Source: Eledone cirrhosa (Eukaryota). From it: 64,000 bases of DNA. The notes beneath the pieces were generated by a model that was given only the letters and a program-made list of their open reading frames with translations, was not told the origin of the DNA and ran no database searches. Both the position numbers and the translations under genes were made by a program. Location of the stretch: contig OZ024748.1 of the NCBI GenBank assembly GCA_964016885.1, positions 4,030,001-4,094,000 on the forward strand. Direction: 5' to 3'. Shown one piece after another: positions 15,286 through 32,698 of the stretch (position 1 is its first letter; each line of letters begins with the position of its first letter).

Positions 15286-15499
15286 AGAGAGGGGGAGGGG
15301 TTGAAATGCCGACGGCTCTCTCCTTTGATTGTGTAAGTAATTCAGGCTATAATGAATGTTCTGGACATATTAAGGTGTCTGCTGTCACGTCACAGGTACA
15401 AGGGGACATCACAACATTGTGTCATACACCTCAACTTTAGCTTTATCTGCTCTATTGTAGTCACACTTGCTACAGACAGACAGCTACACTGGCCAACTG

Positions 15500-15980
15500 A
15501 CATACACATACACACATACACAGTCACAGACATACAGACACATTGTGGGAAAAAGGTACACACACGCACACACACATAGAGGCAAATAGACATATACATA
15601 CACAGTCACAGACATACAGACACATTGTGAGAAAAGGCACACACACACACACATAGAGGCAAATAGACATATACATACACAGTCACAGACATACAGACAC
15701 ATTGTGAGAAAAGGCACACACACACACACACACATAGAGGCAAATAGACATACACATACAGTCACAGACATACAGACACATTGTGGGAAAAAGGTACACA
15801 CACGCACATACACACATAGAGGCAAATAGACATACACATACAGTCACAGACATACAGACACATTGTGAGAAAAGGCACACACACACACACACACATAGAG
15901 GCAAATAGACATATACATACAGTCACAGACATACAGACACATTGTGAGAAAAGGTACACACATGCACATACACACACACT
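15500..15980. repeat. ~80-bp minisatellite, about 6 copies
   Basis: CAGTCACAGACATACAGACACATTGTGAGAAAAGG(CA)nTAGAGGCAAATAGACATA repeated. Confidence 0.9.
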
Positions 15981-16104
15981 TAGGCAAACGTAGAGAGACA
16001 CAGACAGACAGACAGATAGACGGATAGACAGGCAGACAGACGTTTGAGGATTTTAGGGGTTTGTGTTATAGAATAATTGAACGTGGGGGATAGCTATCTA
16101 CCTT

Positions 16105-16941
<837 letters not shown>

Positions 16942-16947
<6 letters not shown>

Positions 16948-17137
16948 AAAGTGGGGACCCCGACGGCTGAGCTATTGCCATTTCAACAGCTAGTTTAAGT
17001 CAGGAACTAGGTATTGAAACGGCAAGAGCTCAGCCGCCGGGTTCCTGACACTTTATAATATAACCATACTGTACTACCCTAAGTATGGATTGGTCTTTTA
17101 AGTATTGGTCTAACCAGTTTCAAGCTAAACCCATCCT

Positions 17138-17140
<3 letters not shown>
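16942..17140 (+). mobile_element. Family A-related divergent fold-back element
   Basis: GACCCCGACGGCTGAGCT...GAAACGGCAAGAGCTCAGCCG hairpin and TACTACCCTAAGTA tail motif; TA-flanked. Confidence 0.7.
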
Positions 17141-17191
<51 letters not shown>

Positions 17192-17232
17192 CGGAGTATC
17201 GCTAAAAAGCTAAAAAGCTTTCTCCGATATTG

Positions 17233-17290
<58 letters not shown>

Positions 17291-17296
<6 letters not shown>

Positions 17297-17397
17297 TTGC
17301 AAGGTTTTTGATATGAAATCGTGAGTGTGTTCTACTATTATTTCTGATTTCTGGCAATATTATAACAATATGACCCTCCTTAAATATAACATAAGCA
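17291..17397. mobile_element. Family C collapsed fragment
   Basis: GGTTTTTGATATGAAAT (as at 43-59) joined to GTGAGTGTGTTCT...TGGCAATATT...ATATGACCCTCC (as at 345-400). Confidence 0.65.
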
Positions 17398-17411
17398 TAT
17401 ATATATATATG

Positions 17412-17488
<77 letters not shown>

Positions 17489-17683
17489 TAAAATAACAGA
17501 TTAAAGTTTATATATATATAAGATTGTTGTACTTCGGCAAAATCAAATATATATATCGTTGATTTTGTCGAGAATAAGTAAATGACATATCCACTACTTT
17601 AAAATAGTTTTCAAAATGTTTTTTAAAATTCAGTATACATGAATGTATACCTTGCTATTTCAGAGCACAAATACTAATACCTG

Positions 17684-17760
<77 letters not shown>

Positions 17761-17762
<2 letters not shown>

Positions 17763-17956
17763 ACGAAGGAAATGTGGTAAGGAACCAGGTGAACCATAAC
17801 GCACCAAAGTACTCAATACTTAGGGTAGTAGAGTGGGTAATAGGAACAAGTAAGACCCCGACGGCTGAGCTCAAGCCGTTTCGACGGCTAATTCGGGTCC
17901 AGAATTAGCCGTCGAAACGGCTTGAGCTCAGCCGTCGAGGTCTTACTTGTTCCTAT
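17761..17956 (-). mobile_element. Family A fold-back element, full form
   Basis: Tail 17761-17839, hairpin 17840-17956; TA-flanked. Confidence 0.9.
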
Positions 17957-18575
17957 CTATATATATATATATATATGTGCATTATGTGTGTATGTATATG
18001 TGTATGTATGTATTTATAAACGCATTATGGACACTAAATTGTGAAATAAGAGACAGGCCAACTCTCGGAACTTGAAGTATACATCTATCGTCTGCCAGGT
18101 GACCGACGACATCATTGACTATATCAACGTTGAGACTTCCGTGTTTTATGAGGCACGACCTTGTGTTAGAACAGGACTATCACTCCGCCTACACCTGACA
18201 ATCAAAATAATGAGACATGTCCGACAAGGGGACTTCAGTAAATAATGTAAGAAGGAGAGAGAAAAAAAACGGTGTCTTAGCAAAACAAACAACCAGCGGA
18301 AATCATTTCCTGTGCCTCAATGAATGGTTTAGCAAGATTTAATAGAATAGAAATATAGTTTGCTTAAACAGATAGTTCCACACTCACTTAAATATACGTA
18401 CATATATACACATGTATACACGCACATATACATACATACATGCATATATATTAACGACAGAGATAGATAGATAGGTAGATATATAGGTAGGTAGATAGGT
18501 AGGTAGGTAGATAGATAAATAGATAGGTATATATGTATGTATGCGATACAACGCATCTATCTATCTATCTCTCTC

Positions 18576-18716
<141 letters not shown>

Positions 18717-18747
18717 GCGTTGCATCGCATACATATATATATATAGA

Positions 18748-19943
<1,196 letters not shown>

Positions 19944-20075
19944 CATATAGAGACACATGCAGACGCTGGCCTGTTGGGCTTTGTTCTAATACACAGGACC
20001 ATACTGTATTTCTAAGGTTGATGTGGAGACCAAACAGAAGAACCAGTAATTACTGTGTAAACCATCAACAATAAT

Positions 20076-20290
20076 AATTGTTTCTACATTTGGTTGAATG
20101 GCAGCACTTGAAGGGAAGTGGAAAGACCAATAAATCGACCCAAGTGCATTACTGGTGCTTTATTCTATTTTATCCAGAAAGAATGAAAAGCAAAGTTGAT
20201 ATTAGTTGGATTTGAACTTAGAATGTTAAGAGCGTAACCACATTCCCATATCAAAATGTATTTTCACTGGCGCTCTACCGGTTCTGCCGG
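20076..20290 (-). mobile_element. SINE family 1, diverged
   Basis: GGATTTGAAC B-box complement, GAATGAAAAGCAAAGTT central domain, CTCTACCGGTTCTGCC head. Confidence 0.7.
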
Positions 20291-20447
20291 TACATCTATT
20301 TCCAAACCCGCTGCCATTATTGCAAAAATTAATGAATAAATAAATAATAGCTATAACATAATGGCGAGACATATATTATGGGTGTTTTATGAACAGAGAG
20401 ACAGAGAGAGAAAGACATACACATATCTATATAGGCACACACACACG

Positions 20448-20505
<58 letters not shown>

Positions 20506-20722
20506 CGTTGAAAACAGAAGTAAAAAATGTATCTTTAAAAGAAAAAGGTAAATAATTGCATTTCAGATACCGGAAGTAGTATGTACGCCATCACGACATG
20601 GCTTCTTTCTTGCAGCAAGATAAACAAAATTAGCAAATGTTGTATAGATGTCAGAAGAATTGAGAAAAGTGGTGTAGGTTGTTGATGGTGGGTGAGGTGG
20701 TGGTGGTTGTGAAGGCGGATGG

Positions 20723-21865
20723 TACCTCACCACTACACAACCACACCACCTCACCACTACACAACCACACCACCTCAACACTACACAACCACACCACCTC
20801 ACCACTACACAACCACACCACCTCAACACTACACAACCACACCACCTCACCACTACACCACCACACCACCTCACCACTACACAACCACACCACCTCAACA
20901 CTACATAACCACACCACCTCACCACTACACAACCACACCACCTCAACACTACACAACCACACCACCTCACCACTACACAACCACACCACCTCAACACTAC
21001 ACAACCACACCACCTCACCACTACACCACCACACCACCTCACCACTACACAACCACACCACCTCAACACTACACAACCACACCACCTCACCACTACACAA
21101 CCACACCACCTCAACACTACACAACCACACCACCTCACCACTACACAACCACACCACCTCACCACTACACAACCACACCACCTCACCACTACACAACCAC
21201 ACCACCTCAACACAACCACACCACCTCACCACAACACAACCACACCACCTCAACACTACACAACCACACCACCTCACCACTACACCACCACACCACCTCA
21301 CCACTACACAACCACACCACCTCAACACTACATAACCACACCACCTCACCACTACATAACCACACTACCTCAACACTACACCACCACACCACCTCACCAC
21401 TACACCACCACACCACCTCACCACTACACAACCACACCACCTCAACACTACATAACCACACCACCTCACCACTACATAACCACACTACCTCAACACTACA
21501 CCACCACACCACCTCACCACTACACAACCACACCACCTCACCACTACACAACCACACCACCTCACCACTACATAACCACACCACCTCACCACTACACAAC
21601 CACACCACCTCAACACTACACAACCACACCACCTCACCACTACATAACCACACCACCTCACCACTACACAACCACACCACCTCAACACTACACAACCACA
21701 CCACCTCACCACTACACCACCACACCACCTCACCACTACACAACCACACCACCTCACCACTACACAACCACACCACCTCACCACTACACAACCACACCAC
21801 CTTACCACAACACAACCACACCACCTCACCACTACACAACCACACCACCTCACCACTACACAACG
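20723..21865. repeat. 24-bp minisatellite (CCTCACCACTACACAACCACACCA), ~47 copies
   Basis: Direct reading; source of the periodic HHYTTTPP / VVRWCGC pseudo-ORFs. Confidence 0.95.
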
Positions 21866-22680
21866 ACGAAACATCACCGCTCTCAGACGATAGAGATAAA
21901 AAAATATTTGAACATATTAGGAAGTTGTAAGGCCAACAGAACTTCATTTACTAACTCTAATATAATATAATATGGCGGTGGTGGTGGCAGTGGTTGTGGT
22001 GGTGCTTGTGATAGTAGTGGTTGTGTTGGTGGTGGATATGGTTGGTGGTGGTTGTTGTGATGGCGGTTGTGGTAGTCGTGATTATGGTGGAGGTGGTTTT
22101 TGGGGGTGGCGGTAGCAGATATGAGAGTAAAGGAGATGAGTAGGTAAGAGGGTCTGAGATAATGCAAGAAGCCCCCCCCCCCAAAAAAAAAAAACTACCC
22201 AAAATCCCATAAAAAAATCAATGATAACCAACTAACTTACAATAACAACATTAAATAAATGGGGAATAAATGAGGAAAAAAAACCCCTTTAAATACCAAA
22301 ATATATACAAGACTTCACTACCGGCAGAGAACGCCCGCATCACCGAACAAACCACCCACTACAACCTGGAAGACACCTCCCCATCATGCTTGGACACATC
22401 GAAAAGTTAACTTTGCAAATCACAGATATATAACTAAAATTATATAAATTTTTATGTGTTGTATATATATGTATATATATATATATATATATACTCGTAT
22501 ATATATATATATAATATATATATATATACATACATATATATATATATATATATACATACATATATATATATATACATATATATACATATATATACACATA
22601 TATATATACATATATATATATATATACATACATACATATATATATATATACATACATACATATATATATATATACATAAT

Positions 22681-22732
<52 letters not shown>

Positions 22733-22856
22733 TTATATATATACACTTATAGATTGACGTGCTGATACAGACATCATAACAAAACAAATAAGTTGATAGA
22801 CAGATGCTAAGTGTAAGATCTGCAGTAAATTGACTGAATGAACGAAGCCTGGCAGC

Positions 22857-22951
<95 letters not shown>

Positions 22952-23040
22952 CATACATACATGTAAATATGTGGGTTTTTTCTAATACGTAAACTTACAT
23001 TTCCGGTATATTGAAAGTAAAAAACAGGTATTTTCTCTCA

Positions 23041-23093
<53 letters not shown>

Positions 23094-23469
23094 AAAGCAC
23101 ATGTGTAAGACAATATAGACGACGTTATCACATCTACGAAATAGCTTTAAAATCACATCCGGTTTATGTTGGTGTGCGTAATACTGTTGAGACGAGTGCC
23201 TCACGTGTACACAGAACAATTTCTGGAGACAAGGTTTTAGAATTTACAAGCGAATACAAGCTTGTTTCAGTTAAATATTTAACTAAGCATCTTGTTCGAT
23301 ATTTTTACCTTTATTTTTATATATAACATTTATTTTACGTTTTCCATAAGTATACCTTCATGTTCCTGAAAACTGGATATATCACTTAACAGAAGAGTGG
23401 GTTTTTTTCTTTAGAATTATGTTACATTTTAATGTGTTTTGATATTATTACTTATTTTCTTACATAAGA

Positions 23470-23570
23470 GAGGTAAGTGGTAGAATCTACTGATTGTCGG
23501 AGAAAATATCTTGCTGTATATTTTCTGGGTCTTTGAACTGAGAGTTCAAACCCTATCGAGGTCAAATCTT
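23470..23570 (+). mobile_element. SINE family 1 head, degenerate
   Basis: TGGTAGAATC...GAGTTCAAACCCTATCGAGGTCAA. Confidence 0.5.
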
Positions 23571-23745
23571 CTCCTGTTATTTCGTGTATACGAAGCTGAT
23601 CTCTTTGACTTTTATACGAAGCGCTGAGGGAATTAAGTTACTATAAGGAATGGTGTGATCATGCACTATAATGCTATAAAATAACTAAACAGGGTGAAGC
23701 CGGTATGAGATGCTATTTTTTACAGCATCTCAGCGCATGAGCACA

Positions 23746-23817
<72 letters not shown>

Positions 23818-23844
23818 TCTCTCTCTCTCTCTTATATATATATA

Positions 23845-24068
23845 TGAAATTATTATAAATGTAAGCTATCGCCGTATTTTGACTAAAGAAATTAAAGAAA
23901 TTATTTAGCCTGATAGTGGGGTTAAGAACCCTCGGAGAGATGGAAAAATATGAGTATTGAAGTACATGGGAGTCAATACTCATCTTTTTCCATTTCTCCG
24001 AGGGTTTTTCTCAAAATACGGCTTACATTTATAATAATTTCAAAACCCGCTCGCTGTTTCGAAAATAT

Positions 24069-24070
<2 letters not shown>
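23845..24070. mobile_element. Microsatellite-flanked nested fold-back element
   Basis: Outer IR TGAAATTATTATAAATGTAAGC 23845-66 / 24021-42; inner IR 23927-60 / 23973-24006. Confidence 0.6.
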
Positions 24071-24166
<96 letters not shown>

Positions 24167-24175
24167 ATTGTTATG

Positions 24176-24219
<44 letters not shown>

Positions 24220-24226
24220 TGTTATG

Positions 24227-24282
<56 letters not shown>

Positions 24283-24292
24283 TGTTATGCTT

Positions 24293-24323
<31 letters not shown>

Positions 24324-24442
24324 AATTGAGATTGAATTATTTTCCCATATCTAATGTTAAATATTTTCCATCTTGACGTTATAGTCACTTATATATTATG
24401 AAATACTGTTGGCTTCTTGCTCACATTAATTTCTCTATTTTC

Positions 24443-24478
<36 letters not shown>

Positions 24479-24565
24479 AGGAGCCCAGAGAGCGCTCATA
24501 TATTAAGTACTGAGCCAAAATATATAAAGGGTTTCTCAACACAGTTGAAATCTCATATATTATAT

Positions 24566-24750
24566 GCGGTGGTTTGGCAGTATCGGTAGAGCGTCAGACA
24601 CCATGCTTTGCAGCATAGTTATGGCCCTTTGCGTTCTGAGTTCAAATTTGCCGAGGTTAACTTTGCCTTTCATCCTTTCGAGGTCGATAAAATAAGGTAC
24701 CAGTGATGCACTCGGGTAATCGCTGGCCTTGTGCCAAAAGTAGAAAAGAA
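24566..24750 (+). mobile_element. SINE family 1, full length
   Basis: A-box-like TGGCAGTATCGG, B-box GAGTTCAAAT, CTTTGCCTTTCATCCTTTCGAGGTCGATAAAAT domain, GCTGGCCTTGTGCCAAAAGTAGAAA tail. Confidence 0.85.
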
Positions 24751-24904
24751 CTATATATTATATATATAAGTATATGTGTGCATGGACTTGTATCTGTTGG
24801 TGGAATCATAGGGGCGCCATAGTGAAATAGGGGGTTTCATGAGCATTTAAACCTGGCGGAGCCCATCCTTCTCCACGTCTGAATACAACCGATTTCTTCT
24901 AAAA

Positions 24905-25021
24905 AAAAATGAAAGGGAAAATTGACCTTGTTGAGATTTGAACTCTAAGCGGAGCGTAGAGAACTCGAACGAATAACGCAAAGCTTCTATCCGACGTTCT
25001 AACCACACTACCAATTCCCGC

Positions 25022-25022
<1 letters not shown>
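24905..25022 (-). mobile_element. SINE family 1, partial
   Basis: ATGAAAGGGAAAATTGACC..GATTTGAACTC. Confidence 0.65.
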
Positions 25023-25056
<34 letters not shown>

Positions 25057-25246
25057 CTATCTGTCTATCTATCTATCTGTCTATCTATCTATCTATATTC
25101 TTTTACAAGGAATAAGCGCCCAATCAACGTCACTTAATACTATATTGATAAGCTTGGAGTATTTGATTTATTTATAATTCATTCCCTATTCTATAAACAA
25201 GCCTCTTAAATAAAGAAGAAGGCCCTTTAAATATTATACGGCCTCG

Positions 25247-25317
<71 letters not shown>

Positions 25318-25384
25318 TATATAGTGCTGGAATAATGTGTTTATCTTTCTTTATTGGATAGACAAGTGTCTAAGGACCCCTATT

Positions 25385-25445
<61 letters not shown>

Positions 25446-26547
25446 CAACAACAAACAAAATGGCAGATCTCAGCGCAGATCGGCAGAAATGTAAACATCA
25501 CTTAAGCCATTTTAAATGTTTTAACAATGGATGATCATGTCTTTAGGATTAGAGTGGTGTGTAAGAAAAAAACCATACGCTTGGTTTCTAATAGAGGGAA
25601 AACTAAAGGAAGAAAGAGACATAGAGTGGGAGGAGAAGGGAAGGAGTTGGAGGTGGTTTCGGGGGTTCTATTGGTTTAGGGGGCAATATAGCCGCCATCT
25701 TCCTCTATCTGTCTTCCATGTATATGCGTGTGTATGTGTTTGTGTGTGCGTATGTCATTCTATATGTTTGCTTTCGTGTATGTGTGTAATATATGCATGT
25801 GTAGTGTGTACGTGTGTGTGTATATGTGTGTATATGTGTATATGTGTATGTGTATATGTGTACATATGTGTATGTATGCGTTTGTGTGTGCACGGGTGTT
25901 GTTTTAAGGACAATACAATCACCATCTTTCTCTTTCTATCTCTCATATGATTGTGTGTGTAGTGTGTGTGTATGTGTGGGTTTGTGTGTATGTGTGTGTG
26001 AGTGTGTGTGTGTTTGTATATGTGTGTGTAGTGTGAGTCAGTTGTGTGTGTGTTTCTCTGTGTAGTGTGTGTCTGTATGTGTGTGTGTTGTGTGCGTATG
26101 TTTGTGTATGTGTGTGTAGTGTGTGTGTAGTGTGTGTCTGCATGTGTGTGTGTTTCTCTGTGTAGTGTATTCTGTATGTGTCTGTGTTTCTCTGTGTAGT
26201 GTGTGTCCGTATATGTGTGTTTGTGTGTGTAGTGTTGTTGATTTAAAGACAATATATCCGCCATTTGTTTTTACTTTTATCTTTCATTTTTTCCCTTTTA
26301 GAATATTCCCTCTCTCTCTCCCAACCTATCGCATTGCCTTAGTGTGTGTACTTGTGTATGTGTGTGTGTACTTGTGTATATGTGTGTGTATATGTGTATG
26401 TGTGTACAGACATTCAGACACAGGCGCATATATACGGTGTTGATTCAGGAGTACTCTAATGGCGACACTTTTCGCTCGAGCGCTCTTTCCCTTCCATATA
26501 TATATATATATATATTGTTATACTTGGGGAGGGTCACACACACACAC

Positions 26548-26597
<50 letters not shown>

Positions 26598-26614
26598 TAC
26601 ATATATATATACAT

Positions 26615-26653
<39 letters not shown>

Positions 26654-26712
26654 CATACATATATACATATATATATATACATATATATATATGCATGTAT
26701 ATATGTACATAT

Positions 26713-26744
<32 letters not shown>

Positions 26745-27045
26745 TGTATGTATATACATATTGTATGCATACATATAACATCTGTATAAAACACATATGC
26801 ACTAAGACCCCCTTCTCCACCTCATACATTACAAAGACATATTGTAAACACAAACTAAAGTATTTTCCTGGATTAATATGGCGTTATGGTGTTTGGTTAG
26901 GGTTTTAGCGTTTAACAAACGAAACGACGAGAAAAAAAATCTATTTATTTGCCTCAAGGGTGCTGGATGAATAGGACATTACAAGGACACCTTACATTGA
27001 GTGTGGCAGTTTATAAAGATCGGGTGATGATTGGGGAAACAAGAT

Positions 27046-27102
<57 letters not shown>

Positions 27103-27152
27103 CATACGTATATACATGCACACACAGATTCATATACATATATACATCAATA

Positions 27153-27236
<84 letters not shown>

Positions 27237-27291
27237 CATACATACGTATATAGATACACACACACATTCATATACATATATACATCAATAG

Positions 27292-27328
<37 letters not shown>

Positions 27329-27383
27329 CATACATACGTATATAGATACACACACAGATTCATATACATATATACATCAATAG

Positions 27384-27422
<39 letters not shown>

Positions 27423-27425
<3 letters not shown>

Positions 27426-27499
27426 GGTGTCCCCAAAAATGTATTCACACTTCAACAGCATTCTAATCAAAGTGTGTATACATTTTTTGGTACACCCTG
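27423..27499. mobile_element. Tc1/mariner-type MITE (77 bp)
   Basis: TA|CAGGGTGTCCCCAAAAATGTATTCACACTT ... AAGTGTGTATACATTTTTTGGTACACCCTG|TA; half copy at 34693-34728. Confidence 0.8.
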
Positions 27500-27519
27500 T
27501 ATATATATATATACACATG

Positions 27520-27615
<96 letters not shown>

Positions 27616-27648
27616 CATACACACACACACACGCACACACACACACAA

Positions 27649-27679
<31 letters not shown>

Positions 27680-27775
27680 ATATATATATATATATGCATA
27701 GCAGTAAATATAAATGTTAGCTTTAGAATCAAGCAAAGGCAGCAACAGAAATATTTCTGTGTAGATATGGATAGG

Positions 27776-27830
<55 letters not shown>

Positions 27831-28199
27831 GGGGCTATATATAGTGGGGTGCTGGAGAGGCACTGTGTCACGTCGGGCTGGCGTCGACGGGGTGATGTTT
27901 GTTTTGAAGGAAAAGAAAAGAAAAAAGAGGTAGAAAAAAATATCATGACGAAAATGATGAAACTTCAGCATAAGTTGTTGATTGGTGATTCATTGAAGAG
28001 GATTGGAGTTTGTGATTGAGGGGCAGAGTAAGGCCGGGTAGCAGGTGAAAGGGAGGGAAGAGGACTTCTATGAAGAGAGGCAAGGGCTTATTTCTCTCTA
28101 TCTTTCTCGCCCTCTCTCTCTATATATATATAAAGAGAGAGAGAGAGAGAAAGAGAGAGAGAATTAGTCAGCAAATTCTCTCTCTCTCTCTCTCTCTCT

Positions 28200-28287
<88 letters not shown>

Positions 28288-29504
28288 GTAGATAGGTAGA
28301 TAGGTAGATAGGTAGATAGGTAGATAGATAGGTAGATAGATAGATAAATAGACATGTTTCTTTATTTTCCACAATGGCGCACAAGAAATGGGACAAGGCA
28401 GATAGTTAGGCAGATAGACAGATATATAGTTAGACCAAGTGTATACATCTGTCGGTCTGTCTGTTTAATGCTTGTCCACTTGTCGACTAGTTAGTGGACA
28501 ATAATTATGAACTGGGTGGTAGATTTAATCCCCCGTTCAGCTTAATACTCCACCACCTGACCCATTGGTACCTTTAGAGAGGTTCACACTGGTGCATGCA
28601 TTCAAGCCAGGATACTTTACACCTTCTCTCGGTTTCGATGGCTCGGAAGAAAGGATCATTTTTACGGACTTTCCCTCTCGGACTAAGCAGTAAAAAAAAA
28701 ATTCTACATTCTATGAATGCGTTTTACTTCTCTGTCAGCAAAACACCCAAAACAAAAAAAAACAAAAAGCTGAAGAAGGTAAAAACAAAATGATAAAAAC
28801 GAAAAACAAAAAAGACCTACTGCAACGTCACATTGTATCGTCTGCATGTGAATCATATACGCCATCTTGTTTTTATCTAGTTTCCGGCCTAAAAATGAAA
28901 AAAATAAATAAATAAAGAACGAAATTAAATCCTTGCAGACAAAAATGTTAATCGTTACAGTTATATATTGTTGTTGATTGTATTTGTCTCTGCCTGTGAG
29001 AGTATTGGGCAGATTTCTTTTATTTTTACGTCAGTGATTCCCAAAGACGTCTCGCTGTTCGTGTCAACGAGCGATAATTCGCCATCTTGTTCTTATCTCG
29101 ATTTTCGGCTCAAAAGTTTTTAAAAGCGACCCAAAACACACGTCCCTTAATATTCATTGTTCCTACTATTATTATTATTATTATTGCGATGTGAGATTTT
29201 ATTTGCTCGTTGTTACAAAGTTTTAGTGTTTGTTATTTCTGTTGTTAATGTTTATGTTGCTGTTGTTGCTGTTGTTGTTTTTGTGAAAGCGACAGTTTAG
29301 AAAACAAAAATCCCTGTCCATGTATTGTCAAACTTCGCTATGTATTGTTTAACGGAGACAGCTTATTCTTATCTCATTCCGGCTCAAACATTTAAAAGCA
29401 GGCCTGAGTGTTCCAGAACCAAATGTATTTCAGGAGCTGCTAATGTCTAATTTTCTTTACATCTGTCAGTCGAATATTACGTGGCTGTTGGTGACGTTAG
29501 TTGA

Positions 29505-30395
<891 letters not shown>

Positions 30396-30518
30396 GCTTC
30401 TGGACGACAAGATACAGGACACAGTCCAGTTTGCAAAGATGACCGCAATTCACATCAGAAGAATGGTATCCCATCAATCAACTAGGAAAACTTCCACAAA
30501 CACACACATATAGATATA

Positions 30519-30614
<96 letters not shown>

Positions 30615-30866
30615 CACACACACATATATATGTACATACATACATACATACATACATACACATATATATATATATATATACACACACACATATATATGTA
30701 CATACATACATACATACATACATACATACATACATACACATATATATATATATATATATATACATACACACGCGCACATACAAATATATATATGTATATA
30801 TACATATATGCATGTATAAACATACTCAACTACACTAAGTGACATTAACACACACACACAGACACA

Positions 30867-30983
<117 letters not shown>

Positions 30984-31774
30984 GAAACAAACACAACCAA
31001 CATGTTATCTCAGGAAGAAGTGCGATTCGAAACGGAAACATTAAGTTTGATCAACCATAATGTTTAGTGACATCATCACATACAAAAGTATATATACTGT
31101 ATACATACATATATATACAGATACATACATATATACACACATACACACAAACATATATACATACATACACACATATACACATACACATATATATACATAC
31201 ATACACACATACATACATACGTACATACATACACATATACAGAAATGTATCAATAGATAAAACTCTGTGATCCCCCCCCCCCCTAAGCCCAGTCTATTAG
31301 CATCGTAAAACCACGACCACCTTCACCATTACTACAACCACCACCACCACCACCACCACCACCATCTTCACCATTACCACAACCACCACCACCGCCTTCA
31401 CCATTACTACAACCACCACCACTACCTTCACCATTACTACAACCACCACCACCATCACCACCACCACCACCACCATTACTACAACTACAACCACCACCAC
31501 CACCTTCACCATTACTACAACCACCACCACCACCTTCACCACCACCACCACCACCACCACCATTACTACAACTACAACCACCACCACCACCTTCACCATC
31601 ACTACCTAACTTTAGTCGTACTCAGTACAGTTATACTCCCTCTCTCGAGATTTACCTCAGCCCCACCCTGACGCCTCACCCACAGGGGAATTACACACCC
31701 TCCCCCGCTAAACCAACAGTCTTCATTCATTAAATTTGAGAATCTTCAGCAACATACTGAGACGTAATGGTGTA

Positions 31775-32357
31775 AAGAGGAAGTGGGAGGAGGATCAGTT
31801 GAGCCATGAATGGGGGTAGTAAGAGTAGGAAGAGTAAGATGGAGGAGGATCAGTTGAGCCATGAATGAGGATAGTAAGAGTAGGAAGAGGAAGTGGGAGG
31901 AGGATCAGTTGAGCCATGAATGGGGATAGTAAGAGTAGGAAGAGTAAGAGGGAGGAGGATTAGTTGAGCCATGAATGAGGATAGTAAGAGTAGGAAGAGG
32001 AAGTGGGAGGAGGATCAGTTGAGCCATGAATGGGGGTAGTAAGAGTAGGAAGAGTAAGAGGGAGGAGGATTAGTTGAGCCATGAATGAGGATAGTAAGAG
32101 TAGGAAGAGGAAGTGGGAGGAGGATCAGTTGAGCCATGAATGGGGATAGTAAGGGTAGGAAGAGTAAGAGAAAGGGGGAGGAGGCTTAGTTGAGCCATGG
32201 TCGGCGGTAGTAAGAGTAGGAAGAGTAAGGGGGAGGAGAATCAGTTGAGCCATGAATGAGGATAGTAAGAGTAGGAAGAGGAAGTGGGAGGAGGATCAGT
32301 TGAGCCATGAATGGGGATAGTATGAGTAGGAAGAGTAAGAGAAGGGGGAGAGGAAGT
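31775..32357. repeat. Purine-rich ~55-bp minisatellite with alternating variants
   Basis: GGAGGAGGATCAGTTGAGCCATGAATGGGG.TAGTAAGAGTAGGAAGAG units, about 10 copies alternating AGTAAGA / AGGAAGT. Confidence 0.9.
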
Positions 32358-32422
32358 AATCCTTTGTGTAGTTGAGTGCGTGTGTATGTGTGTTTATTTA
32401 TGTGTGTATATATATATATATA

Positions 32423-32503
32423 TAACGAAGGAGTTGTGGTAAGGAACCAGATGGACCGTCGAAACGGCTTGAGCTCTGCCGTCGGGGTCATACTTTCTCC
32501 TAT
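32423..32503 (-). mobile_element. Family A element, deletion form
   Basis: TAACGAAGGAGTTGTGGTAAGGAACCAGATGGACC joined to GTCGAAACGGCTTGAGCTCTGCCGTCGGGGTCATAC. Confidence 0.85.
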
Positions 32504-32558
32504 ATATATATATATATTTTAATTAAAGTTTAATTAGTCTCCAATACTTAAACATATA

Positions 32559-32619
<61 letters not shown>

Positions 32620-32698
32620 TTACAATTGTAATGATGTAATCAAACATATAGTAAGATAGATGATAAATAGATATACAGATAGATATCTAGATAGAGAA

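Noticed and set aside
15500-15980. CRISPR-like repeat/spacer appearance (also 24165-24295 and 31775-32357)
   Set aside because: Spacers are microsatellite or identical rather than unique; eukaryotic context; no cas genes
20563-21947. Periodic Cys/Trp or His/Thr/Pro ORFs
   Set aside because: Translations of a 24-bp minisatellite that is open in multiple frames
22366-22416. CTGGAAGA...GAAA-AGTTAACT-TT hammerhead candidate
   Set aside because: Core has an extra base and no convincing stem I or stem II
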